Positions 25,891 through 33,612 of a DNA stretch of 35,030 bases are shown piece by piece; position 1 is the first letter of the stretch, and the number at the start of each line of letters is the position of its first letter. The position numbers were made by a program, and so were the translations under genes. The notes below the pieces were generated by a model. It saw nothing but the letters and a program-made list of their open reading frames with translations, did not search any database and was not told the origin of the DNA. Source of the DNA: an uncultured Clostridium sp. (GTDB lineage Bacteria; Bacillota; Clostridia; TANB77; CAG-508); NCBI GenBank assembly GCA_964487865.1, contig CAZASP010000001.1:1-35030 (forward strand), written 5' to 3'.

Positions 25891-26526
25891 CTATATTTTA
25901 TAATTTTTATTTGGCTTAAAGCTATATTCATATCCATATTTACTAGCATTTTTCTTATACCAACTATCTAAAGTATCAGCATAGACTTTCCTTTTGACTG
26001 TTTCAAATTGTCTTTTTGATAAATTCCCTCTCTTAACTTTTAAAGAATTTTTCGTAGCTTGAACATTTATTTTTTTTATATCTTTAGCTAATGCTTTATT
26101 TAATCCTATTGGATTGGCTCTCTTAGTAGCTGTTATCCTATAAGTCCCCTCTTTGGCAACTGCTCTCATTTCTTTTAGTTTAGATTCAGTTAAATAACTA
26201 ATATCAGCACCGCTAAAAGTTCCACCATAATTGCTTGGATGATTATGAGTTGCTGTCATACCTTCTTGGCTTCCATTGTAAACAATTCCAACATTATGCT
26301 TATTTCCTTTAGCTCCAGCAACTATTTTTCCATTTTTATCTATTAAATATCCATATTCTACTTTTTGACTTTTCATATCCAAAAATTCTTCAAATTCATC
26401 TTTAAACTTTACAAGATAATTTGACGCATATGAAATATCTAATTGCTCGCTACTTGCTCTATTATAGGGTTTTAACATTCCATCTTTTCCTCTAGTACCT
26501 AATGAATATGCTCCTCTACCACCCAT
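25891..26526 (-). CDS. MGGRGA-tagged RadC-like JAB/MPN-domain protein
   Basis: VEYGYLIDKNGKIVAG...MTATHNHPSNYGGTFSGADISYL parallels RadC (E..llD.kn.li ... aHNHPSG..pS..D). The H-to-S spacing is one residue longer than canonical. Confidence 0.6.
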   Translation of the reverse strand: MGGRGAYSLGTRGKDGMLKPYNRASSEQLDISYASNYLVKFKDEFEEFLDMKSQKVEYGYLIDKNGKIVAGAKGNKHNVGIVYNGSQEGMTATHNHPSNYGGTFSGADISYLTESKLKEMRAVAKEGTYRITATKRANPIGLNKALAKDIKKINVQATKNSLKVKRGNLSKRQFETVKRKVYADTLDSWYKKNASKYGYEYSFKPNKNYKI

Positions 26527-26527
26527 A

Positions 26528-27580
26528 TTATATCACGCCTTTCTGTTTTTTTCTACTAGTATTCATTCTTTTAGTTACTTCATTATCGTAATATCTAACA
26601 TCAATATCACCATAATCATAATCTAATTTTCCGCCATAAATTAAAATGGCTGATGGTTTTATTCTTTTTATCATTTCATCTACACCATCTCGCCATATTT
26701 TTAATGACTCTTTATTTTGTTTAACCCCAATTGTTGAAATAGCAACTATACTTCCTTTTGGGATTCCATCAAAACAAAACTCAAAAGTTTCCTTTTCTGC
26801 CCAACTAATTGTTGGAATAACTTTAATACCATAATTTTGTAAAAACTGACCTATTAGTCTACTACGATATACATTCCATATTTTCATTGACATCGGCATA
26901 TCTAAATATAAACTAAAATCTGGACTCAATATACATTCATAACGTGCTATATCTTCAACATATTTGTAAGGGTCATTCCATAGCCTTTCAAATTGATAAT
27001 CATCAACAAAACAATGAATGCCAACATTTCTGTCTTTACTACTTAACATATAATTAAAGCCAATTAATTTATCAGGTATATAATTATCATTTTTTATTAT
27101 AGGCATTTGATAAAATCCATCTGTTCTTGCGTTATCATATATTTCTAAATTATAAGCATTATTAGTTCTCTCTCTTTCATTTTCTTTGAAATTTTCAAGT
27201 TCTTCTTTCTCTTCTTCAAATATATCAAAATCAAATAAATTCATATCAATACTTGTTATACCCTCTAGTTCCTTAGATAATAGATTAAAATCCCATTCAG
27301 ATTTTTCTGATACTTTATTATCTGCCAATCTAAACGCATTAATTTGTTCTGGGGTTAAATCATCTGCAATAATACAAGGAACTACTTTTAAACCTAGTTT
27401 TTTGGCTGCTTTATATCTTGTATGACCACAAACTATTTCATTATTTTTATCTAAAATAATTGGTACTTTAAATCCAAACTCTTTAATTGAATTAGCTACA
27501 TATTCTACTGCGGTATCATTTTTTCTTGGATTGTTTTTATACGGTTTTATTTCTTCTATGCTTTTTTCAGTAATGCTCAT
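26528..27580 (-). CDS. ParB-like N-terminal nuclease/NTPase domain plus DUF4417-like C-terminal domain
   Basis: IKPYKNNPRKND...IILDKNNEIVCGHTRYKAAKKLGL is a ParB/Srx N-domain signature. The long C-terminal half fits the arrangement commonly found just upstream of phage terminase genes. Confidence 0.7.
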   Translation of the reverse strand: MSITEKSIEEIKPYKNNPRKNDTAVEYVANSIKEFGFKVPIILDKNNEIVCGHTRYKAAKKLGLKVVPCIIADDLTPEQINAFRLADNKVSEKSEWDFNLLSKELEGITSIDMNLFDFDIFEEEKEELENFKENERERTNNAYNLEIYDNARTDGFYQMPIIKNDNYIPDKLIGFNYMLSSKDRNVGIHCFVDDYQFERLWNDPYKYVEDIARYECILSPDFSLYLDMPMSMKIWNVYRSRLIGQFLQNYGIKVIPTISWAEKETFEFCFDGIPKGSIVAISTIGVKQNKESLKIWRDGVDEMIKRIKPSAILIYGGKLDYDYGDIDVRYYDNEVTKRMNTSRKKQKGVI

Positions 27581-27628
27581 CTTTTTATCCTTTTCTTAGT
27601 TATAATATTTTTATAAATCTGTTCAAAT

Positions 27629-27703
27629 TGGTTGCCTCAGCTAGATTCGAACTAGCGTATGCGAGAGTCAAAGTCTCGTGCCTTACCACTTGGCTACGAG
27701 GCA
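27629..27703 (-). tRNA. tRNA-Gln (anticodon UUG), CCA encoded
   Basis: Hand-folded cloverleaf: acceptor TGCCTCG/TGAGGCA (one G-U), D-arm GCCAAGTGGTAAGGC, anticodon stem CGAGA/TCTCG with loop CTTTGAC, T-arm GCTAG-TTCGAAT-CTAGC, discriminator A, then CCA. Confidence 0.85.
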
Positions 27704-27704
27704 A

Positions 27705-27731
27705 TAAAAAAGAATCAACTTAATGATTCTT
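27705..27731 (-). terminator. Intrinsic terminator ending the early/middle operon, just upstream of the tRNA
   Basis: Minus strand AAGAATCA-TTAAGT-TGATTCTT (8 bp) running into a T-run. Ends ~2 nt before the tRNA 5' end. Confidence 0.55.
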
Positions 27732-27867
27732 TAAGGATGATATGAATTTATAATTCACACATTGACAATTGTTTAAAGGAGTAAAATGGTTTTTTTATGA
27801 AATAACTTTATAATTATTTCATCATATCAAATATACCATAGTAGTGGTCTCATAAAAGTCTCATGTT

Positions 27868-28275
27868 TTATTTTTGGATAATTTTTTTATTAATTCTTTT
27901 GATGTGTTGCACACTGTATCCTAGCCTTTCAGCCGTTTCTCTAACTGATAGCCCCCAGATATAACGACATCTAAAAACTTTCTTTTCAACATCTTTCATT
28001 TCAGCAAGTCTTCTATCTATGATACTTAAATGCTTTTCTATAATGTTTAATTCTTCTTGAATTAATTGTCTTCTGTTATCTAGTCCTTCAATTTTTGCAA
28101 ATACCCTAGCAAATTTATCATCAACTGTTGAACTTTCAACTTTTAACTCACTAAAAGTGGTACTATGTAATCCTAATTCCTTTTGAATTTTTAGTTTAAT
28201 TCTTTCCTCTAAACTTTTAACTTCTTCTTCTAAAATCTTTTTATCTTCAAGCTCCTTTTTTAATTCTTTATACAT
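27868..28275 (-). CDS. Sigma-70 region-4-like late transcription activator (DUF1492/ArpU/RinA-type position)
   Basis: The C-terminal FRCRYIWGLSVRETAERLGYSVQHIKRINKK is a region-4 HTH. Coiled-coil N-terminus. Last gene before the packaging block. Confidence 0.6.
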   Translation of the reverse strand: MYKELKKELEDKKILEEEVKSLEERIKLKIQKELGLHSTTFSELKVESSTVDDKFARVFAKIEGLDNRRQLIQEELNIIEKHLSIIDRRLAEMKDVEKKVFRCRYIWGLSVRETAERLGYSVQHIKRINKKIIQK

Positions 28276-28303
28276 TTTTTTACTTTATCCCTCCAATTAT
28301 TTA

Positions 28304-28528
28304 TCAAAGCCATATATACGTTCCTATTAAAACTCCTAAAAAAGCTGGAATCGCTCCTATTTCACAAAATAATATTTTTAATATACCAAATGCAATTTCT
28401 TTTCCGTTTAAAGGATTTATTGCATTAATTATTTGAACGATGCCACCATACAACATTACATATAAGCCTAAATATAATCCAATTAAAATTCCAGCTATTA
28501 TTATTAAAACTGCTAATACTTTCTTCAT
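28304..28528 (-). CDS. Small membrane protein (2 TM)
   Basis: 74 aa, almost entirely hydrophobic. Confidence 0.5.
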   Translation of the reverse strand: MKKVLAVLIIIAGILIGLYLGLYVMLYGGIVQIINAINPLNGKEIAFGILKILFCEIGAIPAFLGVLIGTYIWL

Positions 28529-28902
28529 TTTATAATCTCCTCCAATTCTTCTTTAGAATACTGCCTATTTTTATATTCAGTTTTTAATGATTTTTCTGTG
28601 TTAAATACTGATTGTAATAAGAATTGCCTATTGTCCTCAGATGAGAGTTTTGCCTTATTATCATTATAAGATTTAAGCAATTCTATATCGTTCTTTACTT
28701 TTCTTCTTTTAAGCCTAATATCTTTTAATTCTTTGACAATTCTATAACATTCAAAAGTTGTTAATTTATTGTTTTCTATATAATGCAATAAGTCTTGTGT
28801 TTTTTCATCATACATATTTCTTTTTTTAGGTAAAGATTTACTATACTCATCTATTTCATTTAATTTAAGTATTATGTCTTTTAATTCTTCAACTACATTC
28901 AT
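28525..28902 (-). CDS. Hypothetical early protein
   Basis: 125 aa, charged and helical. 4-nt overlap with the downstream gene. Confidence 0.5.
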   Translation of the reverse strand: MNVVEELKDIILKLNEIDEYSKSLPKKRNMYDEKTQDLLHYIENNKLTTFECYRIVKELKDIRLKRRKVKNDIELLKSYNDNKAKLSSEDNRQFLLQSVFNTEKSLKTEYKNRQYSKEELEEIIK

Positions 28903-28909
28903 ATTGTAC

Positions 28910-29371
28910 CTATAAATCTAATTCTTTTAAAGTATAACGCTTTTCGACTTCCATTCCTTTATACATCGTATCTTTCTCAAATATTGGAAATGTCATGCCA
29001 TCGTCATTTAAAACAATAAGAAGATAGTCATATTTATAACCATTACTTTCCTTGCTAATGTATTGGATTCTATTTCTAAATGGTTTTATAACTGCCTTTA
29101 GATATTGTTTTTCTTCATCATCAAGTATTTTTGGAATTTCTTCAAAAATCATTTTTGGTAAAATAATATAATCATCAAAAACGTCAAGTCCGTTTTCCTT
29201 TAATAGAAGATTATAACAATTCTCGATAGATGACTGATTTACTAAAAAGTACTCTTTTTCACATTCACCATAATGTTCTTTTAAAAAATCAAACGTTTCT
29301 CTTTGACAACCACACCAATTTATTTTTTCTAAATCATACAAGTCAATATGCTTCTTTAGTTTTACTCTCAT
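28910..29371 (-). CDS. Hypothetical early protein
   Basis: 153-aa ORF in the operon. No motif recognised. Confidence 0.5.
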   Translation of the reverse strand: MRVKLKKHIDLYDLEKINWCGCQRETFDFLKEHYGECEKEYFLVNQSSIENCYNLLLKENGLDVFDDYIILPKMIFEEIPKILDDEEKQYLKAVIKPFRNRIQYISKESNGYKYDYLLIVLNDDGMTFPIFEKDTMYKGMEVEKRYTLKELDL

Positions 29372-29607
29372 TTTTCTTCATCTCCATTATCTCTTTGATA
29401 GATATATTTTAATAAATCTGCTAATAAATCATCAATATTTAGATTATTAGCAATACATTCGTCTAGCAATACCTCAATTAACATCTTTATTCCTAATAAC
29501 ATAGTCGTATATGATGTTCCTTTTTTTATATTAATTTCAGCATTGTTTTCATCAATTGTTTTTATTGTAATCATATTTAATCTCCTACTAATCTTCTGGC
29601 ATTTCAT
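29368..29607 (-). CDS. Hypothetical early protein
   Basis: 79-aa ORF. 4-nt overlap with the downstream gene. Confidence 0.45.
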   Translation of the reverse strand: MKCQKISRRLNMITIKTIDENNAEINIKKGTSYTTMLLGIKMLIEVLLDECIANNLNIDDLLADLLKYIYQRDNGDEEK

Positions 29608-29815
29608 AAATTTTAAATGTTTCTATGTTTAATGAACCTTGTATTTTACTTTGTATTTCATTTAGAACTTCTAATGCTCTTTCATATGTAGAATATTTTC
29701 CTAAAAGATTATCATTAGAGTATATATCTGTTGAACCGTCATGTCGTTTATAAACAGCTAAGTCTTTAGCTTTAATCAACAATTCTTTATTTTGACTCCT
29801 TATCCATAATTCCAT
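29588..29815 (-). CDS. Hypothetical early protein
   Basis: 75-aa ORF. Confidence 0.45.
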   Translation of the reverse strand: MELWIRSQNKELLIKAKDLAVYKRHDGSTDIYSNDNLLGKYSTYERALEVLNEIQSKIQGSLNIETFKIYEMPED

Positions 29816-29821
29816 AATCTC

Positions 29822-30067
29822 TCACTCCTCCCACCAACCTAGCTCTTCGGCTAATTTCACTTGACTTTCAATCATGCTTTTTTGTCGATTTGTCATTTCT
29901 TTTATATCTTTTTTTAAATATTCTTTAAATCTTTCTAGTTCCAATATTTTTTCAATATTTATGAAAAAACAATAATCTGCTCTTTGGTCAAACTTCATAA
30001 GATTAAAATTTTTTCTATAAATTTTTTGTAATAATTCAACATTTGATTTATATTCTTCTTTCTTCAT
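29822..30067 (-). CDS. Hypothetical early protein
   Basis: 81-aa ORF. Confidence 0.45.
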   Translation of the reverse strand: MKKEEYKSNVELLQKIYRKNFNLMKFDQRADYCFFINIEKILELERFKEYLKKDIKEMTNRQKSMIESQVKLAEELGWWEE

Positions 30068-30069
30068 TT

Positions 30070-30441
30070 TTATTTCTCCGTTTCTAATATTTCATCATCT
30101 AGCATTTCTAAACAATAAATTGGACTAATACATCTTTTTTTAAAATTATATATAATGATACTATTATCTTTTAAAATCATTGTATTTTTATTAATTCCAT
30201 TGAACAAATCTTCATAGGGATCACTGCTAACATCAATGTAATTTTCCAATTTTTCATAAATGCTTTTTAGATATTCATAATAATTTGAATTACTTGATAA
30301 ATCATCATAAATTATTTTTAGTGTATTAAATTTTCCTTTATGTTTTTTTAAATACAATTCATCAATACCATATTTTTCAAATTGTTTTAGTAATAAATCT
30401 TTATTACTTTTATAAATAAAATCGTAAATTGTTATTTGCAT
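30070..30441 (-). CDS. Hypothetical early protein
   Basis: 123-aa ORF. Confidence 0.5.
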   Translation of the reverse strand: MQITIYDFIYKSNKDLLLKQFEKYGIDELYLKKHKGKFNTLKIIYDDLSSNSNYYEYLKSIYEKLENYIDVSSDPYEDLFNGINKNTMILKDNSIIIYNFKKRCISPIYCLEMLDDEILETEK

Positions 30442-30444
30442 TTT

Positions 30445-30513
30445 TTACTCCCACAAAATCGCTAAAAGTATAATCAAAATTGAAATTATTAGTAAAATTT
30501 TTATTGTTTTCAT
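30445..30513 (-). CDS. Tiny hydrophobic peptide (22 aa)
   Basis: Hand translation: MKTIKILLIISILIILLAILWE. ATGA start/stop overlap with the upstream gene. Ends 3 nt before the next start. Confidence 0.25.
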   Translation of the reverse strand: MKTIKILLIISILIILLAILWE

Positions 30514-31094
30514 GATTTTACCTTTGCTTTTCTTAAAATTGCTTTCGAGTTTTTCTCATAAGCTAAAATCTCATCACGAGTTGGTGCTCTACGATTGTTT
30601 TTTAAAAACTCATTAGCCTTTTTTAATTCATCTATTTCAAGAACTTTATCTGATAACTCTTTATGTAATTCCTGAATCTCTTTGTTTCTTGAATTTAAAC
30701 TATCAGTATTATCTAAGATTACTTGAGACTGCTTAGTGAACTCTTTCTTCAAATCTTTTAGTTCCTTTTTTAATTTTGTGTTTTCTAATTTTAAATCAGA
30801 AATAGTAACTTCATTATTATTATTTTTTTCTTCAAAAGTTTCTTTTTCTTTTTTTAGATTCTCTATTTCAATATTTTTGTTGACAACCTTTTCTACTGAT
30901 TTTGATAACTCTTCTTTCTTTTCATTTAATAAATTTTCTAAGTTTATTTTTTCTTTTTTACTAAGCTCTTCTCTATCGCTAAACTCAACTTCCATTTTTT
31001 CGAAATCTTCTTGAAAGTCTTTCAATTCTTCTGATAAACTTTTATAACTTAAAATCCATCTTGCAAACCCTATTTTATTTTTGTTTTCAACCAA
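30510..31094 (-). CDS. Coiled-coil protein; the annotated TTG start is probably an artefact of the G7 tract
   Basis: 194 aa, E/K/N-rich coiled coil. A well-placed ATG with a GGAGGAG RBS at 31120 is out of frame by one G. Confidence 0.55.
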   Translation of the reverse strand: MVENKNKIGFARWILSYKSLSEELKDFQEDFEKMEVEFSDREELSKKEKINLENLLNEKKEELSKSVEKVVNKNIEIENLKKEKETFEEKNNNNEVTISDLKLENTKLKKELKDLKKEFTKQSQVILDNTDSLNSRNKEIQELHKELSDKVLEIDELKKANEFLKNNRRAPTRDEILAYEKNSKAILRKAKVKS

Positions 31095-31095
31095 G

Positions 31096-31102
31096 CCCCC
31101 CC
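31096..31102. repeat. Homopolymer G7 (minus strand) / C7 (plus strand)
   Basis: Counted directly. A conspicuous G/C run in an otherwise AT-rich window. Sits between the ATG at 31120 and the long ORF. Confidence 0.95.
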
Positions 31103-31116
31103 GTGCTTGATTTTTT

Positions 31117-31278
31117 TCATTTACTCCTCCATAACTTTAATCTTTTAAACATTTCATAATGATATTTTGCCTTTTGATTTAAAACTTTTTTACATCGTTT
31201 ACAAGTTCCAAATCTATCAACTAATCCTTTGATATTGTAATATCCACATTCTGGACATACTTCCCATTTTATTTTCAT
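31117..31278 (-). CDS. Zinc-ribbon protein (53 aa)
   Basis: Below the ORF-track cutoff. Hand translation: MKIKWEVCPECGYYNIKGLVDRFGTCKRCKKVLNQKAKYHYEMFKRLKLWRSK (CxxC...CxxC). ATGA overlap with the upstream gene. Confidence 0.5.
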   Translation of the reverse strand: MKIKWEVCPECGYYNIKGLVDRFGTCKRCKKVLNQKAKYHYEMFKRLKLWRSK

Positions 31279-31709
31279 AAATTGAATCTCCTTATTTCAT
31301 CTGGTGTTAGTGTTGATATTCCTAAATTAGTGCATTCTTGTACTATTCCATCGATAAAAATCGACATTTCTTTACTATCAAACTCACTAGAACCTTTAAA
31401 AATTCTATAGTGAGTAAATTCTTTATTGTTTACAATTCCAGTTCCAATTACTTCATAGTATTTAAAGTATCCAGCTGGATTGATTGAAGAAAGTATACTT
31501 ACTACTTCACTTTGCCCATAACTTTTTAGCATTTGTAAATATACTTCTTCTTTTGACAACCTTAAAGCATCAGCTATTTCAGTTATTAACTTCCAGCAAT
31601 ATGCATTTTGGCTTAAACTTCTTTTTTCTTTATGTTCTTTGATATCGAAAAGTTTTTCTCTATCTTGGCTGAATAGCCATTGAATTATTTTTTCACAAGT
31701 TCCAGTCAT
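31275..31709 (-). CDS. NinB/Orf-like recombination mediator (or HNHc_6-type N-domain)
   Basis: KRSLSQNAYCWKLITEIADAL resembles lambda NinB RSLDQNRKLWACLGDVS. Confidence 0.45.
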   Translation of the reverse strand: MTGTCEKIIQWLFSQDREKLFDIKEHKEKRSLSQNAYCWKLITEIADALRLSKEEVYLQMLKSYGQSEVVSILSSINPAGYFKYYEVIGTGIVNNKEFTHYRIFKGSSEFDSKEMSIFIDGIVQECTNLGISTLTPDEIRRFNL

Positions 31710-31732
31710 ATTAGTCCTCCACTTTTCTTACT

Positions 31733-32206
31733 TTAAAATGGCAAGTCGCTATCATCAACTTCTAATATTTGATTATAATCTTCGTCCATAGCAACTCTTG
31801 CTCCCATTTGAACAAAAGGCTCATCATTTAATTGCGTATTGTTTTCTATAGTACTTTGTGTATTACTTTGCTGTGAACTATCTTGTGAATCGTTTTTACT
31901 ATCTAAAAACTGTACTTCATTTACAACCACATCAGTTGTATATCTTTTAGTTCCATCTTGAGCATCATAAGAACTAGTTTGTATTCTACCTATAATTGCT
32001 AATTGATTTCCTTTGCTCTGATACTTTGTTATATTTTCTGCTAATTTGTTATAGGCAACACAATTTATAAAGTCCGCCTCTTGTTCTTTATCTTTTAACT
32101 TTGGTCTATCCACTGCTAAATTAAATCTGCATACTGCTACGTTATTTACTGTATATCTTAGTTCAGGATTTTTTGTTAAACGTCCTATCAAAAATACTTT
32201 ATTCAT
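31733..32206 (-). CDS. ssb: Single-stranded DNA-binding protein
   Basis: MNKVFLIGRLTKNPELRYT OB-fold start, Q/S/N-rich linker, acidic C-terminal tip DDSDLPF. Confidence 0.9.
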   Translation of the reverse strand: MNKVFLIGRLTKNPELRYTVNNVAVCRFNLAVDRPKLKDKEQEADFINCVAYNKLAENITKYQSKGNQLAIIGRIQTSSYDAQDGTKRYTTDVVVNEVQFLDSKNDSQDSSQQSNTQSTIENNTQLNDEPFVQMGARVAMDEDYNQILEVDDSDLPF

Positions 32207-32444
32207 AACTCACCACCTCTTCAATATCTTTGATTAAGTGATAAACTGCGTAATTCGTTGTCGTTCCAAATCGATTTTTACAAGTCTTTTCTTCTGTTAT
32301 TATTTCAAAACCTTTATTTCTTAAAGCATAAATTATGCTCGATAGCCTAGTTGCTCCATATAAACTAAATGCGTCTAATGATGTAATTTCTTTATACTTT
32401 CTTAGATGTTCAATGACTGCTAATGTTTGGCTTCTTCTCCTCAT
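32199..32444 (-). CDS. Winged-helix/HTH DNA-binding protein
   Basis: 81 aa. ITSLDAFSLYGATRLSSIIYALRNKGFEI looks like a wHTH. Confidence 0.45.
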   Translation of the reverse strand: MRRRSQTLAVIEHLRKYKEITSLDAFSLYGATRLSSIIYALRNKGFEIITEEKTCKNRFGTTTNYAVYHLIKDIEEVVSYE

Positions 32445-32445
32445 C

Positions 32446-32691
32446 TCACACCTCGTATTGTTCTTCTGGTGAAATAGGCTTATAGTTCTCTTTTAAATCT
32501 TTTTCGATATCTCTTTTTTCTTGTTTTAACTCTTCAATTTCCCACAACAAATCATTTATTATTTCAGTAAAAACTTCGCAAGGAATAATTGATTTTTTTT
32601 CATCTAAATACTTTATACTGTAATTCGTTAAAGTTGTTTTTTCAGCTTCTTTTATTTTTAAATATTCTTCTTCATTTAACTCATAATACAT
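32446..32691 (-). CDS. Hypothetical protein
   Basis: 81-aa acidic helical ORF. Confidence 0.45.
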   Translation of the reverse strand: MYYELNEEEYLKIKEAEKTTLTNYSIKYLDEKKSIIPCEVFTEIINDLLWEIEELKQEKRDIEKDLKENYKPISPEEQYEV

Positions 32692-33301
32692 ATTTCTTCT
32701 CCTTAAATTCTTTTAAAACTTTTTCTATTTCCTTTTTTGTTTTTATTTTGATTTCAACCAATTCTCCTAATTGCTTTTTTGGTAGCCAAATTGCGTATAA
32801 TTTATCAAAATGATTTTTTTTGTTTAGAAAATTATAAGCATAAGCATATAAGCTCAACTGCCACGATAGATATTCTTTATCAAGTTCAGATGTTGTTTTA
32901 ATATCACACAAACAATAATCTTTATCAACTCTTGCTATCATATCAAATCTTCCAGCATAATCATCTTTGTAATGTATTATTTGCTCTTGTTCAATCACTT
33001 CAATTTTATTTTTTGATTTTAAACTTATATACTGTTTTAAACTAGCTACTTGAATGTAGTTAAGTTCTAATGCAATTATTGTTGTTTCAAGAGCTTGCTC
33101 TTCGCTCATCGCTTTTAAATTTTTTTCATAAATTTCTATCGCAGAATGCAATTTTGTTCCATAATCAGCTTTTTTGTTTAAAATTTCTACTGGAACATTT
33201 TTATATTTATTCGGGAAGATGAAGTGAAGTATCTCACTCACACTTGGGATAATCACTCCATCTAGCAAATAAATGTGCCCCTCTTCAACAAATTCTAACA
33301 T
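32681..33301 (-). CDS. PD-(D/E)XK (RecB/Cas4-like) nuclease
   Basis: GRFDMIARV...CLCDIKTT...WQLSLYAYAY gives D, DxK and QxxxY motifs in the expected order. Confidence 0.65.
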   Translation of the reverse strand: MLEFVEEGHIYLLDGVIIPSVSEILHFIFPNKYKNVPVEILNKKADYGTKLHSAIEIYEKNLKAMSEEQALETTIIALELNYIQVASLKQYISLKSKNKIEVIEQEQIIHYKDDYAGRFDMIARVDKDYCLCDIKTTSELDKEYLSWQLSLYAYAYNFLNKKNHFDKLYAIWLPKKQLGELVEIKIKTKKEIEKVLKEFKEKKYVL

Positions 33302-33612
33302 TTAACCTCGATAGCAACTGAACTTGATACGTTAGATGTTTTAGAATACTCTTCTGCAATATCAGGTAATTCTTCTTTTAATCGCTTACTATCAATCGTT
33401 GTTCTTACACTTCCTTTTTTGTAAATTACTTTTATATAATCATCTTCATAATTTAAAATGTCATTTTCTTCCATCGCTTTTTTTAAAGCCTCTTTTACTT
33501 CTTTTAGTTTTAAATCCCATTCTAAAACTTTACTTTGAAACTTCGCATACTCGCTCGTAAAATCTTGAGCAACTATTATTTTTCCATTTTCAACCTTTAC
33601 TAGTTCATTCAT
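33295..33612 (-). CDS. Hypothetical protein
   Basis: 105-aa ORF between the Erf and nuclease genes. Confidence 0.45.
   Translation of the reverse strand: MNELVKVENGKIIVAQDFTSEYAKFQSKVLEWDLKLKEVKEALKKAMEENDILNYEDDYIKVIYKKGSVRTTIDSKRLKEELPDIAEEYSKTSNVSSSVAIEVKC

Noticed and set aside
24469..26526. MGGRGA.S as a eukaryote-style N-myristoylation signal
   Set aside because: The consensus needs Ser/Thr at position 6 counting the Met, and here it is Ala. Bacteria also lack N-myristoyltransferase.
3893..32813. Plus-strand ORFs in the track at 3893..4174, 4908..5099, 5923..6171, 7060..7323, 9910..10638, 11182..11514, 11752..11997, 15410..15598, 16009..16227, 16330..16566, 16916..17146, 18067..18333, 25337..25555, 26646..26834, 27186..27425, 29230..29412, 30736..31014 and 32589..32813
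   Set aside because: All lie antisense within longer, motif-supported minus-strand genes, or within the hairpin gap in the case of 18067..18333. They lack RBSs and have the F/L/S/I-rich composition typical of shadow frames in AT-rich DNA.
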